A stretch of DNA of 64,000 bases, taken from the NCBI GenBank assembly GCA_040260805.1, contig JBDQPD010000001.1, forward strand, positions 9,048 through 73,047, given 5' to 3'. The notes beneath the pieces were generated by a model, which had not been told where the DNA came from, did no database searches, and saw nothing but the letters and a program-made list of their open reading frames with translations. This document shows, piece after piece, positions 36,232 to 46,532 of the stretch. This stretch comes from Myxococcota bacterium. Lineage in GTDB: Bacteria > Myxococcota > UBA4151. Each line of letters opens with the position of its first letter. The stretch's first letter is position 1. The position numbers and the translations under genes were made by a program.

Positions 36232-37147
36232 GACGAGTGTCCTGATCCTCTCAGCGGCATCACCGACATTAGCTGGCGACTATCCGATCCTGCGTGATCG
36301 CAGCAAGTACGGCTCGATGCCGCACGACCAAGTCGACGCCACCATTCGTGATATTGCACGTTTCCGCCACCTTCGTCGCCGAGTGCTCAGCCACAGCTCG
36401 CTGATGCTCGGCGCCAATTATCGGCCCGACCCACTCGGTGAGGGTCAGCAGGGTCGCGTGGACTCTGACCCACGCTTTCAGCTGGCTCCGGTCGACTGCG
36501 TGACCTTCGTCGAGTCGACCTTAGCCATGGCGCTAGCTGGCGACCTGGACCAAGCAAAGCGATGGATGGACCGGCTGCGGTACTCGGGTACTAAGGTCGG
36601 CTTTGCTCGTCGTAATCACTTTATGCTCGCCAACTGGCTGCCGCATTTAAAGCGCCACCGGGTGCTGCGCGACATCACCCGCACGATCGGTGAAGGTGAC
36701 ACCCTCGTTCATGACTACGATAAGGTGAATTGGTCGCAGATCGCGCCGAGGTTTTTACCCGCTAACTTTGACTCGATGCATCCACCGAAAGGTCGTGTCG
36801 AGCTGCCTTTGGTCAACTTGGACACACTCGAAGCCAACCTAAAGGCTGTGCCGAATGGAACGATTTTGCTGCTGGTCCGCGTGGAGCGACCGCGGATTCC
36901 TGTGCGCATCTCCCATCTGGGCTTCGTGATTCACCACAAGAGCGGTCGGACGATTTTTCGTCACGCCAGCCAAGAGGGCTGGGGTCGTGTCGTTGATGAG
37001 GATTTGATCCGCTACCTTCGAAGGCTCGATAACCGCAGCAAGTGGGCTATTCAGGGGGTTAGTTTGCAGCTTCCTAGGCACCCAAAGACGCTCCCGGGGA
37101 CCTTGCTTGAACCCGATCAGATTGCGCTAAAAGGCTGGTTGCCTTAG
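36215..37147 (+). CDS. DUF1460-family NlpC/P60-like amidase
   Basis: VDCVTFVE, RNHF, ISHLGF, FRHAS motifs; signal peptide; SD GGGGAG before 36215. Confidence 0.85.
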   Translation: MVRTFMTSVLILSAASPTLAGDYPILRDRSKYGSMPHDQVDATIRDIARFRHLRRRVLSHSSLMLGANYRPDPLGEGQQGRVDSDPRFQLAPVDCVTFVESTLAMALAGDLDQAKRWMDRLRYSGTKVGFARRNHFMLANWLPHLKRHRVLRDITRTIGEGDTLVHDYDKVNWSQIAPRFLPANFDSMHPPKGRVELPLVNLDTLEANLKAVPNGTILLLVRVERPRIPVRISHLGFVIHHKSGRTIFRHASQEGWGRVVDEDLIRYLRRLDNRSKWAIQGVSLQLPRHPKTLPGTLLEPDQIALKGWLP

Positions 37148-37220
37148 TGCATCGACACGCTAACCGATTGCGACAGACCAGCGCTCATGGCAGCGTGTCG
37201 CTACGCTTTGGAGACGATCT

Positions 37221-38324
37221 ATGTCCCGCCTTCCTTTGATCTATCTTTCCGCTCTGGTGGTCGCGACCACTGGCTGTCCAGATGATGACCAGTTTGGTCG
37301 CCTGAATTTTGACGCGGGCCCGCCCGCTGACGCCGGCCCGGCGCCGAACGATCTCCCGATCAATGTGGGCGACCCGTTCACCTATCAAGGGATTTCGCGC
37401 ACGCCGAATGGATGCGTTGGCGGGTTCATCGACGCTCAATGCGAAGAGCAGGGTAGCTGGTATCTGAACATGACGGTGACCGATAAGGTCCCGGATAAAG
37501 CCAGCAACGTGACCAGTGGAAGCTCGTGCGCGTCCGGTCAGACCCTAGTCGAGCCGACCCAGGATCGGTGCGCAACGTGCCCCAGCGATGATATTCCGAC
37601 CTTGCTCAACGGCGCGCCGGACGCCGATGGAGTCGCAGGCGATCCTCAAGTGTACTGCATCCCAGCTCGCGGCTGGGACAACGTGTACAACCTGCGCGCG
37701 ATGAGCGACTACAGCATGTCGGTTGAGCACCCTGCGCCGCCCAATCTTGGTAGTTCTTGGCTGTACAACCTAGCACCTTGGGATGAATCGCAGATTGCTC
37801 CCTTCGCTGGTGAGAAGAGTTTTCGCACGAACGTCGCCATGCTGCCCCGCTCATCGAAGACGCCGTTTCCTTGGGCGCTGGACCTGAGCAAATGGGATGT
37901 TGTGTCTCAAGAGTTTGTTGATCGTATCCTCGAGGTTGATCCGGACGCAGACATTCAGCGACCCGAGGGTGGGGCGTACATGAAAGCGCTGATGAACTAT
38001 GATCTCAACGGCGTTGCGACGCGCCACACCATCGAGGTTTTGTATCATGAGCGCGGCTACCTTTGTAAGTTCAACGAGGAGCTTGGCGCACCAGCCCCGG
38101 GTTCAGACCGACGTATTCGAAATGGTGAAACCGGCGGTATGAACGTCTTGATCCAACTCAAAAAAGATCCCGATACGGCGCTGGGTGTAAACACAGTTGA
38201 TGGTGAGGCGACTTGCGTCTCGGATGGTGATTGCCCCGACCGGTTTAGCTGCCGCGGCGAGCCGAAGCGCTGCCGTCGCTTGATGCCACGCTGTTGCATC
38301 CCTGGCGTCGGAGGCTGTCGCTAG
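37221..38324 (+). CDS. Hypothetical Cys-containing lipoprotein
   Basis: Lipobox TTGC; DAG linker; C-terminal CVSDGDC..C..C..CC..C module; SD GGAG. Confidence 0.75.
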   Translation: MSRLPLIYLSALVVATTGCPDDDQFGRLNFDAGPPADAGPAPNDLPINVGDPFTYQGISRTPNGCVGGFIDAQCEEQGSWYLNMTVTDKVPDKASNVTSGSSCASGQTLVEPTQDRCATCPSDDIPTLLNGAPDADGVAGDPQVYCIPARGWDNVYNLRAMSDYSMSVEHPAPPNLGSSWLYNLAPWDESQIAPFAGEKSFRTNVAMLPRSSKTPFPWALDLSKWDVVSQEFVDRILEVDPDADIQRPEGGAYMKALMNYDLNGVATRHTIEVLYHERGYLCKFNEELGAPAPGSDRRIRNGETGGMNVLIQLKKDPDTALGVNTVDGEATCVSDGDCPDRFSCRGEPKRCRRLMPRCCIPGVGGCR

Positions 38325-38327
38325 AGA

Positions 38328-39020
38328 GTGACTGAGCTTGCGATTAACAGCTGGGCTGGTGGTCAGGTTGCGATCGACGCATGGCGGTCGGTCAGTTTTG
38401 ACCTAGACGGAACTTTTGCCGACACGTCGACGGACTTAGCGGCTGCACTAAACGCGCTGCGTGTAGAGCTCGATCAGGCGCCTTTACCGACGCCGGATGT
38501 TGCTCGTTTCGTGGGGCGCGGCGCCCGTTGGTTGGTCGCCAATTGCATCGATGGAATCGATGATGTCGCCGTTGACGGGCATGTACAGCGGTTCTTGAGC
38601 CACTATGAGCAGTGTTGCTGCGATACCACTGCGCCTTACGAAGGGCTTGAAGACCTCGTGCGTCGGTTGCGCGCTGCGGGTGTGGTGGTTTCGATCGCCA
38701 CCAACAAACCGCGCCGCTTCACCGAGGCGATCATCGACGGTCTCGAGTGGGGCGATTGGTTCGATTCGGTGCATTGCGGCGATGATGGCCCTTCGAAGCC
38801 TGACCCAGCGATGATCTTTGCGGCGATCGAAGCGGCACAGACCGCACCAGAGCACCACCTTCACATCGGCGATACGCCGACTGATGCTCGCGCGGCTGCG
38901 AACGCCCGATGTCATTTTACCCCCGTCGCTTGGGGAATGGACGCAGGCAAAGCTTTGGCTGAGATGGGCCTGCCCGGGTTTGATGATTCGAGCGATTTGA
39001 TCGCGGCTTGGGTCGGGTGA
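38328..39020 (+). CDS. gph: HAD hydrolase, phosphoglycolate phosphatase-like
   Basis: FDLDGTFAD, TNK, KPDP, IGDT motifs. Confidence 0.8.
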   Translation: MTELAINSWAGGQVAIDAWRSVSFDLDGTFADTSTDLAAALNALRVELDQAPLPTPDVARFVGRGARWLVANCIDGIDDVAVDGHVQRFLSHYEQCCCDTTAPYEGLEDLVRRLRAAGVVVSIATNKPRRFTEAIIDGLEWGDWFDSVHCGDDGPSKPDPAMIFAAIEAAQTAPEHHLHIGDTPTDARAAANARCHFTPVAWGMDAGKALAEMGLPGFDDSSDLIAAWVG

Positions 39021-40054
39021 GCAGCGTGCGCGTCGCGGTCATTGGCGCTTCGGGGTACACCGGCGCTGAGATGCTTCGATTGATCGATGGGCACCCTCAT
39101 TTAGAGCGAGCGGGCGTTTTTGCCTCGAGCAGTGCGGGCGATCATCTCTCGTCGCATTATCCAAGCTTGGATCGCTCGGGCGCTGAGCTTCTTGAGCGAT
39201 TAGATGTTTCGGCTTTGGTTGAGCGCGCCGATTGGGCTGTTTTGGGTTTGCCTCATGGCACCAGCGCTGAGCTCGCCGATCAACTTCTTGAAGCCGGGCT
39301 TGGGGTCGTTGACCTGAGCGCTTCGTTTCGTTTGCCCGCAGATCTTTATGCGACTCATTACGGTGATCACCCCTGTCCCGAGCGGATCGGGCAGGCTGTT
39401 TACGGTTTGCCTGAGCTGCATCGGCAAGAGCTAGCTGGTGCGCGGCTGATCGCTGGACCTGGGTGCTTTCCAACGGGTGTGACCTTGGCTTGTGTCTCAC
39501 TTTATCAAGCGGGACTGGTCGCCGATGCGCCTTTGATCGCTGATTGCAAAACGGGAGTCACAGGTGCGGGCGCTAAAGCCAGCGCAGTGACGCATTTTGC
39601 GAATCTAGCGGATACGGTCACTCCGTATAAAGTTGAGGGTCATCGCCACGCCCCTGAGATCGCTTACAACTTGAGCGGCGCCGCGCCGGTGCGCGTGCGG
39701 TTCACCCCGCATTTGCTGCCGATAAGACGGGGCATCTTATCGACTTGTTATCTGCCTTTGATCCAAGGTGTTGAGGGTCAGACATTGGATCACACGCTCG
39801 ATACATTTTGTGATTCGGAGCGTTTTGTTCATCGCTTACCCAAAGGTGTTCAGCCCAGCCTGGCTCGGGTCGCCGGGACCAACGAAGTCGAGATCCAGCT
39901 CGTTCACGATGAGGCTAACGGTCTAGCCGTCGTGACCAGCGCCATCGATAATCTGTGCAAAGGCAGCTCGGGAGGCGCCTTGCAGGCGCTCAATATTGCT
40001 TTGGGCTTTGACGAGGGCGCTGGGCTCGATCATTTGACGCCGGCTGTGCCCTAA
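39017..40054 (+). CDS. argC: N-acetyl-gamma-glutamyl-phosphate reductase
   Basis: GASGYTG, PGCFPT, HRHAPEI, FTPHL, IDNLCKG. Confidence 0.95.
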   Translation: MSSVRVAVIGASGYTGAEMLRLIDGHPHLERAGVFASSSAGDHLSSHYPSLDRSGAELLERLDVSALVERADWAVLGLPHGTSAELADQLLEAGLGVVDLSASFRLPADLYATHYGDHPCPERIGQAVYGLPELHRQELAGARLIAGPGCFPTGVTLACVSLYQAGLVADAPLIADCKTGVTGAGAKASAVTHFANLADTVTPYKVEGHRHAPEIAYNLSGAAPVRVRFTPHLLPIRRGILSTCYLPLIQGVEGQTLDHTLDTFCDSERFVHRLPKGVQPSLARVAGTNEVEIQLVHDEANGLAVVTSAIDNLCKGSSGGALQALNIALGFDEGAGLDHLTPAVP

Positions 40055-41226
40055 GCAGCGCCCGACTCAATGGCTTTGAGTCGTTGATGTAGGCACTCTG
40101 GAGTGATGGTTTCGAGCTCAAGTTCTGACTCGGGGTAACGGTACACATCGCCGAGGAAGTTGCGAAAGACTAAGCTGCCTTCCTCCATGCCGATGACGTA
40201 GTTCGGCGAGAGCGGGATTTTTCCGCCACCGCCCGGCGCGTCGACGACATAGTGGGGGCTCGCCATCCCAGACATGTGCCCCCGAAGCCCTTTGACGATC
40301 TCAAGACCAGTGGCAATCGAGGTTCTAAAATGGCTCGTCCCTTCCGCCAGATCGCACTGAAACATATAATACGGACGAACGCGCATCTGCAGCAAGCTGC
40401 GGTTGAGTGCTGAGACTTTTTCGACCGAATCATTAATCCCTTTCATCAGGACCATCTGGTTGTTCATCGGTGTCCCTGATTGCGCCACGCGATCGCAGGC
40501 ATCCCATGCCTCATCGGTGATCTCTTCAACGCAGTTGTAATGGGTGTTGAAGAAAATACTCAGATGCCGTGATTGGTAGTGCTTGAGCATCGCCGTGAAC
40601 TCATCGTTGCAGCGCTGCGGCAGGGTCACCAAATTGCGCGACCCAAGACGGCAGTACTTGATGCTTGGTATGGCGCTGAGCTCTTCGAAGATCGTTGCGA
40701 GCCGTTTGTCCGCTAAACTGAGGGGGTCTCCGCCGCTAATCAACACATCATTAACCTCTGGGTGGGCAGCTAAATAATCGAAGATCTCTCGGTATTCCCG
40801 TTTGCTCGTCATCGATTTGGGGTCGGCGACTTTACGTTTGCGTGTGCAAAACCGGCAGTACATCGCGCAGTTGTGGTTGGTGTAAAATAGAACGCGGTCT
40901 GGATAACGGTGGGTTAGCCCGGGAACCACCATGTTCGACTCTTCACCCAGCGGGTCTTCGAGCTCGAAATTTGAAATTTTAGTCTCACCCATCTTCGGCA
41001 CGGCTTGCAGACGAATGGGGCAGTTTGGATCTTCAGGATCCATCAGCGAGGCGTAATAAGGGGTAATCCCCATGTGAAAGATGGGGTCGGTTAGACGAAA
41101 AGCCTCTCGCTCGTCTGGGGTGACATCAATCCACTCCTCAAGCTGCTCGAGATTTCGGATGCGGTACTTTTGATGCCATCTCCAGTCGCTCCATTCCTCT
41201 TTGGTCCAAGTGACCCGCTTTTTCAT
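40051..41226 (-). CDS. KamA-family radical SAM/PLP aminomutase
   Basis: LTHRYPDR, CAMYCRFC, SGGDPL, PYYMFQCD, PGGGGK. Confidence 0.92.
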   Translation of the reverse strand: MKKRVTWTKEEWSDWRWHQKYRIRNLEQLEEWIDVTPDEREAFRLTDPIFHMGITPYYASLMDPEDPNCPIRLQAVPKMGETKISNFELEDPLGEESNMVVPGLTHRYPDRVLFYTNHNCAMYCRFCTRKRKVADPKSMTSKREYREIFDYLAAHPEVNDVLISGGDPLSLADKRLATIFEELSAIPSIKYCRLGSRNLVTLPQRCNDEFTAMLKHYQSRHLSIFFNTHYNCVEEITDEAWDACDRVAQSGTPMNNQMVLMKGINDSVEKVSALNRSLLQMRVRPYYMFQCDLAEGTSHFRTSIATGLEIVKGLRGHMSGMASPHYVVDAPGGGGKIPLSPNYVIGMEEGSLVFRNFLGDVYRYPESELELETITPECLHQRLKAIESGAA

Positions 41227-41359
41227 GCGATCTCCAAAGTGATTCGGTGCGTTAGAAGCTCTGACAATCGCCCTGACTAAAGCTGCTGCGCTCTAAGTTT
41301 GTCATGCCATCCTAGCGCGAAGGCCGCTAGAGCAGTAGGTCCCAAGGTAAGGAAAGCTC

Positions 41360-42823
41360 ATGGAACCCATTCGACAAGCTGCGGTCGTGGTGCCGGTTTG
41401 TGATCACAAAGCGCTGATTCTTGAGCGCGCTGGTCACCTGCGTTTTCAGCCCGGTTTTCATTCCTTTCCCGGTGGCTTGATCGACCCAAGTGATCATCAA
41501 CTAAATTTCGAGGGTCCGGGGCCGGCTGCTGCGCGCTGCGCAGCGGTGCGAGAGCTGCTCGAAGAAACCGGTCTGACGGGACCGGGTTCGTTCGGTCAAG
41601 ATCCTGATAAAGTTAGAGAAAAACTCCTTGATGGAGACACCTCAACGATCTCAGATCTAATCCAAGGCGTTGACTGGAGCCGCTGGCGTTATTTGGGGGT
41701 TTGGACCACGCCTGAATACGCGAACATTCGCTTTGAGACGCACTTTTTTGCATGCCGTTTTGATCGCCATGAGGTGCCGAAACCTAACCTCGAAGTAGCG
41801 AAGGCTTGGTGGATCGATCAAGCCGAAGCGCATGCTCAGTGGAGCGCTGGGGACTTACCCGCTTCGCCGCCGGTGCTCGCCGCTCTTGATGCGGCGATCA
41901 ACCCGGTCGAGCCGTTTGATCGACCGGGTTCGGCGCGGGATCTGCTCAGCGCCGGAGGCGCATCACGTTATCTTCCATTGGTCACCCCGACCTTGCCGCC
42001 TGCGACCCACACCAATTGCTCCTTCGTGGGTGGTGACGGCTGTCTTTACGTTGTGGATCCGGCGCCGGTCGATCCGGACGAGCGCGAGCTGCTCTGGAGC
42101 ACGATCGAGACCTTAGCCGAACAAGGCGAACAGCTCAGCGGTGTGATTCTGACTCACCTGCATCATGACCACCTCGGCGCGGCGTCTTGGTTAGCGGCGC
42201 GTGCTGATGTCCCCATTTTGGCGACCGCTCAAACCCAGCGTGACCTTCGCTTGGGTCTTGGCGCCGGGATCAGCGCTGGGGGAGGCGGCGCAGTGGGGCT
42301 ACCCGAAGTGACTCAGCTACTCACTGAAGGCGACACCATACCAGGTGGTTGGTCGGTGATGCTGACGCCTGGCCACGCTAAAGGTCACCTGTGTTTATGG
42401 CACGCGCAGACTGGAACCTTGATCGCTGGTGATATGATCGCATCGGGTTCGACGATCTTAGTCGAGCCTCAGCAAGGTGACCTTTCTGATTACCTAGCGA
42501 GCTTGGAGCGTTTAGCTGACTTGGATCCTCGCTTGATTGTTCCGGCGCATGGTCTGCCCATTGCCCAAGGGCGCATAGCCCTGGAGAAACTTCGAGATCA
42601 TCGACTCGAGCGCGAGCGCAAAACGATGGCTGCCCTTCGAGCGCTTAATTCGGGGTTGATCGGTGAGTTGGTTGCCATCGCCTATGACGACACGCCCTCG
42701 TTTTTGTGGCCGCTTGCAGAGTTGAGTTTGCGAAGCCACCTCAACAAATTGGTCTGTGAAGGGCGCGCTTCTTTTGACGGCAAAGAGCGCTGGTCGGTTG
42801 ACGAAAAGTGCGAATCAGAATAG
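41360..42823 (+). CDS. NUDIX + metallo-beta-lactamase-fold fusion
   Basis: FPGG..RELLEETG Nudix box; THLHHDH, PGH, AGD, PAHG; LACTB2-like helical tail. Confidence 0.88.
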   Translation: MEPIRQAAVVVPVCDHKALILERAGHLRFQPGFHSFPGGLIDPSDHQLNFEGPGPAAARCAAVRELLEETGLTGPGSFGQDPDKVREKLLDGDTSTISDLIQGVDWSRWRYLGVWTTPEYANIRFETHFFACRFDRHEVPKPNLEVAKAWWIDQAEAHAQWSAGDLPASPPVLAALDAAINPVEPFDRPGSARDLLSAGGASRYLPLVTPTLPPATHTNCSFVGGDGCLYVVDPAPVDPDERELLWSTIETLAEQGEQLSGVILTHLHHDHLGAASWLAARADVPILATAQTQRDLRLGLGAGISAGGGGAVGLPEVTQLLTEGDTIPGGWSVMLTPGHAKGHLCLWHAQTGTLIAGDMIASGSTILVEPQQGDLSDYLASLERLADLDPRLIVPAHGLPIAQGRIALEKLRDHRLERERKTMAALRALNSGLIGELVAIAYDDTPSFLWPLAELSLRSHLNKLVCEGRASFDGKERWSVDEKCESE

Positions 42824-42866
42824 CTGATTTGCCCGACCGTGCACCGGTCGGAAAAGTTTTTTTACC

Positions 42867-43622
42867 GTGACCATTATCGCTGCCATTCCTGCTCGTTTTG
42901 CCGCTGCCCGTTTGCCGGGTAAGCCGCTGCTCGACCTTGGCGGTCAACCGATCATCGCTCATGTGGTCAAAGCGGCTCTAGCGACCCCAAGTATCGATCA
43001 GGTGATGGTGGCGACCGATCACCAAGGAATAGCTGATGCGGCGACCGCTGCCGGCGCTGATGTAGCGATGACCGATCCGGACTTACCCTCAGGCTCGGAT
43101 CGAATAGGCGCCGCTTTGGCGGGGCTTGATTACGATCTAGCGCTCAACATTCAAGGCGATGAACCCGAGCTTGATCCAGCAGCGCTCGAGGCGCTCATCC
43201 ATACGATGCGGTCGACCCCTCAAGCGCAGATCGGGACGCTGAGCGCGCCTCTAGGTACCGACCAGCTGCGAGACCCTCACGCGGTCAAGGTGGTCTGCGA
43301 TCGGTACGGCTTTGCGTTGTATTTTAGCCGAGCAGCGCTCGGCGCGGATCGCGAGGCTTTGATTCAAGCGGATCCAAACCCGCGCAGCGCGGCGCGCCGG
43401 CATGTCGGTGTTTATGCCTATCGGCAGCACGCGCTCGAACAGTTTTTAGCCTGCGAGCCGTCGTCGCTTGAGCGTCTTGAGCGCCTCGAGCAGCTGCGAG
43501 CTCTCGAACTCGGTATGCGGATTGTTGTGGTTCCTGTGGACAAGGCTCCCCGAGGCATCGATACCCCAGAAGACTTATTGGCGGCTCGTCGTCGCTTTGG
43601 TGACCAAGAGGTAGACCCATGA
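42867..43622 (+). CDS. kdsB: CMP-KDO synthetase
   Basis: [40 protein letters not shown]. Confidence 0.95.
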   Translation: MTIIAAIPARFAAARLPGKPLLDLGGQPIIAHVVKAALATPSIDQVMVATDHQGIADAATAAGADVAMTDPDLPSGSDRIGAALAGLDYDLALNIQGDEPELDPAALEALIHTMRSTPQAQIGTLSAPLGTDQLRDPHAVKVVCDRYGFALYFSRAALGADREALIQADPNPRSAARRHVGVYAYRQHALEQFLACEPSSLERLERLEQLRALELGMRIVVVPVDKAPRGIDTPEDLLAARRRFGDQEVDP

Positions 43623-45232
43623 ACCGTTCCCCTAAGTACATCTTTTTTACCGGCGGTGTGGTTTCGTCGCTCGGTAAAGGGCTCGCCGCGGCGTCGACCG
43701 CAGCGCTGCTTGAAGCGCGCGGCCTGACCGTGACCAACATGAAGATGGATCCTTATCTCAATGTCGACCCTGGCACCATGAGCCCTTACCAGCACGGTGA
43801 GGTTTTTGTGACCGATGATGGCGCCGAAACGGATCTGGATTTAGGTCATTATGAGCGCTTTACCCACAGCCGTTTGAGCCAAGCCAACAACATCACCAGT
43901 GGTCGCGTGTATTGGTCGGTGCTCGAGCGCGAGCGTCGCGGTGATTACCTCGGCAAGACCATCCAGGTGATTCCGCATATTACCGACGAAATTAAGCGCC
44001 GTATTCGGGACACCGCTCATCAAAGCGGCGCTGACATCTGCATCGTCGAGATCGGCGGAACGGTCGGTGATATTGAGAGCTTACCGTTCCTTGAAGCCAT
44101 CCGTCAGATTCGCAACGAAGAGGGTCATCAAAATACAGCGCTTGTTCATCTCACGCTGGTCCCCTTCATCGCCGCTGCGGGCGAGATGAAGACGAAACCG
44201 ACGCAGCATTCGGTGAAAGAGCTGCTCAGCATCGGTCTAGGTTGCGACTTTTTACTCTGTCGCTCGGAAGATGTTCTCGCTGAGGAGCTCAAACAAAAGA
44301 TCTCTGCCTTTTGCAATGTACCACCACGAGCGGTGATCTCTGCTTATGATGTGCGCTGCATCTATGAGCTCCCCTTGGTGCTCAACGAACAAGGTCTCGA
44401 CGCACAGATTTGTGATGCGCTGAATATTTGGACCGGAGCGCCTCGTTTGGAAGGGTGGCATTCGGTGGTTCGCCGCTACCTCGAGCCTAAGAATGGTGAG
44501 GTCACCATCGGCGTGGTGGGTAAGTATGTCGGCTTAGTTGAGAGCTATAAGAGCCTCAATGAGGCGCTCGCTCACGCCGGGATGCATCATGACGTTCGCT
44601 TGCGTATCGAATACCTGGACTCCGAAGAGATCGAGTCCGACGACGCACCGCTCAAAGCCGTCGATGGGGTGCTGGTCCCTGGGGGATTTGGTGAACGTGG
44701 TTCAGAGGGAAAGATCTCGGCGATCCGCTATGCGCGTGAGCAGAAGGTTCCGTATTTTGGCATCTGCTTAGGTATGCAGCTCGCGGTGGTTGAACATGCG
44801 CGCCACTGCAGCGGCCTTGAAGGCGCCAACTCCATCGAGCTTGACCCTGACACGAAGCATCCGGTCATCAGCTTGATGGAGGCTCAAAAAGAGGAGGCGA
44901 ACCTCGGGGGGACGATGCGGCTTGGCGCCTTTGATTGCCAGGTCACTCAAGGCACTCGCACCGAGGCTGCGTATGACGAAGAGATGATCTCAGAGCGCCA
45001 CCGCCACCGCTTCGAGTTTAATGACGCCTTTCGGACTCAGCTTGAAGAGACGGGCTTAGTGGTCGCGGGTATTCATCAAGATAGCGGCTTGGTCGAGGTG
45101 GTAGAGCGCGCCGATCATCCTTGGTTTGTCGGTTGCCAATTCCACCCAGAGTTCAAGTCGAGACCCGGCGAACCTCATCCTTTGTTTCGTGATTTTATCG
45201 CCGCCTCGATGAGCGCTCGGAGCGCTCAATGA
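43619..45232 (+). CDS. pyrG: CTP synthase
   Basis: [32 protein letters not shown]. Confidence 0.98.
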   Translation: MNRSPKYIFFTGGVVSSLGKGLAAASTAALLEARGLTVTNMKMDPYLNVDPGTMSPYQHGEVFVTDDGAETDLDLGHYERFTHSRLSQANNITSGRVYWSVLERERRGDYLGKTIQVIPHITDEIKRRIRDTAHQSGADICIVEIGGTVGDIESLPFLEAIRQIRNEEGHQNTALVHLTLVPFIAAAGEMKTKPTQHSVKELLSIGLGCDFLLCRSEDVLAEELKQKISAFCNVPPRAVISAYDVRCIYELPLVLNEQGLDAQICDALNIWTGAPRLEGWHSVVRRYLEPKNGEVTIGVVGKYVGLVESYKSLNEALAHAGMHHDVRLRIEYLDSEEIESDDAPLKAVDGVLVPGGFGERGSEGKISAIRYAREQKVPYFGICLGMQLAVVEHARHCSGLEGANSIELDPDTKHPVISLMEAQKEEANLGGTMRLGAFDCQVTQGTRTEAAYDEEMISERHRHRFEFNDAFRTQLEETGLVVAGIHQDSGLVEVVERADHPWFVGCQFHPEFKSRPGEPHPLFRDFIAASMSARSAQ

Positions 45233-46041
45233 GCGCCGCAGTTCAGGTCGGTCCCTACTCGGTCGGCGACGGCGCGCCCTACCTGTTGATGGCGGGTAAT
45301 TGCGTGGTTGAGGATCTAGAGACGGCACGCCGCACGGCGGAGGTGCTGCTCAAGGAAACAGCGAACAGGCCGTTCAACCCCGTGTTTAAGGCGAGTTTTG
45401 ATAAAGCAAACCGTACCCGCAGTGACTCTCACCGTGGTCCGGGTATGGACGCCGGGCTTGAGGTGCTCGCCAAGATAAAAGCTGAGACAGGGCTGCCCTT
45501 AGTGACCGATGTGCATCTTCCTGGTCACTGTAAACCCGTAGCAGAGGTTGTTGATATTCTGCAGATCCCAGCATTTTTATGCCGTCAGACGGACCTGCTT
45601 GAAGCGGCCGCTGCGACCGGCAAAACGGTCAACATCAAAAAGGGTCAGTTTGTCAGCCCCGAGGCGATGCAGCACGCGGTCACAAAGATTCATGAAATGA
45701 ACAACCCAAGCGCCTTGTTAACCGAGCGAGGAAGCTCATTTGGTTATGGTGATTTGATTGTCGACTATCGAGGTTTTGCGACCATGAGAGATTGTGCCCC
45801 TCTGATCTTCGATGCGACGCATTCTGCGCAAAAGCCAGCGGGTAGCGGCGGGGTGACCGGCGGCGATAGGCGCCTGGCCTTACCTTTAGCGCGAGCCGCC
45901 GCGGCGGTTGGAGTGGATGGTTTGTTCATGGAGATCCATCCCGACCCCAACCAAGCCCTTTCCGACGCCGCCAACAGCTTAGATTTTGATTTGTTTAGAA
46001 GGTTGTTAAACGAGGTTGAACGATTGCGATATGAATCATGA
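45229..46041 (+). CDS. kdsA: KDO-8-phosphate synthase
   Basis: [32 protein letters not shown]. Confidence 0.96.
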   Translation: MSAAVQVGPYSVGDGAPYLLMAGNCVVEDLETARRTAEVLLKETANRPFNPVFKASFDKANRTRSDSHRGPGMDAGLEVLAKIKAETGLPLVTDVHLPGHCKPVAEVVDILQIPAFLCRQTDLLEAAAATGKTVNIKKGQFVSPEAMQHAVTKIHEMNNPSALLTERGSSFGYGDLIVDYRGFATMRDCAPLIFDATHSAQKPAGSGGVTGGDRRLALPLARAAAAVGVDGLFMEIHPDPNQALSDAANSLDFDLFRRLLNEVERLRYES

Positions 46042-46529
46042 ACACGCTCCCTTGGTCGCGCATCAAACTCTTGGTCTTGGATGTTGATGGTGTCTTGACC
46101 GATGGTGGTCTTTGGGTTGCTGCGGATGGCTCGGTCACCAAGAGGTTCTTTGTTCGAGATGGTTCGGGAATCGTTCGTCTGCAGCGAGTCGGTATTCCCG
46201 TGTGCTGGTTGACCGGCCGCGCCGACCCTGCTGTGGCTCGACGCGCAGAGGAGCTAAAGATCGCTCGTCTGATCGCTGGAAGTCACGACAAAGCGGATGC
46301 GCTTCACAGCCTGAGCCTGGGTATGGGCGTTTCTTTGGACGAGATTGCTTATGTGGGCGATGATCTGCTCGACCTGCCGGCAATTCGGTTGGCCGGTTTA
46401 TCGGTTGCTCCTTGTGACGCTTCAGCCGAGGTCCGGGACGAAGTCGACTGGGTCTCGGATATTGCGGGCGGACAAGGCGTGGTACGCTGGGTCTGTGATC
46501 GTCTCATCGCCGAGCAAAAGGAAGATTAG
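46038..46529 (+). CDS. kdsC: KDO-8-phosphate phosphatase
   Basis: LDVDGVLTDG, RDG, YVGDDLLD, GGQG. Confidence 0.92.
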   Translation: MNTLPWSRIKLLVLDVDGVLTDGGLWVAADGSVTKRFFVRDGSGIVRLQRVGIPVCWLTGRADPAVARRAEELKIARLIAGSHDKADALHSLSLGMGVSLDEIAYVGDDLLDLPAIRLAGLSVAPCDASAEVRDEVDWVSDIAGGQGVVRWVCDRLIAEQKED

Positions 46530-46532
46530 ATC

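Noticed and set aside
42833..42863. Hairpin CCGACCG/CGGTCGG as a firm terminator
   Set aside because: The T-run is separated from the stem by AAAAG and the element abuts the kdsB start, so its role is ambiguous.
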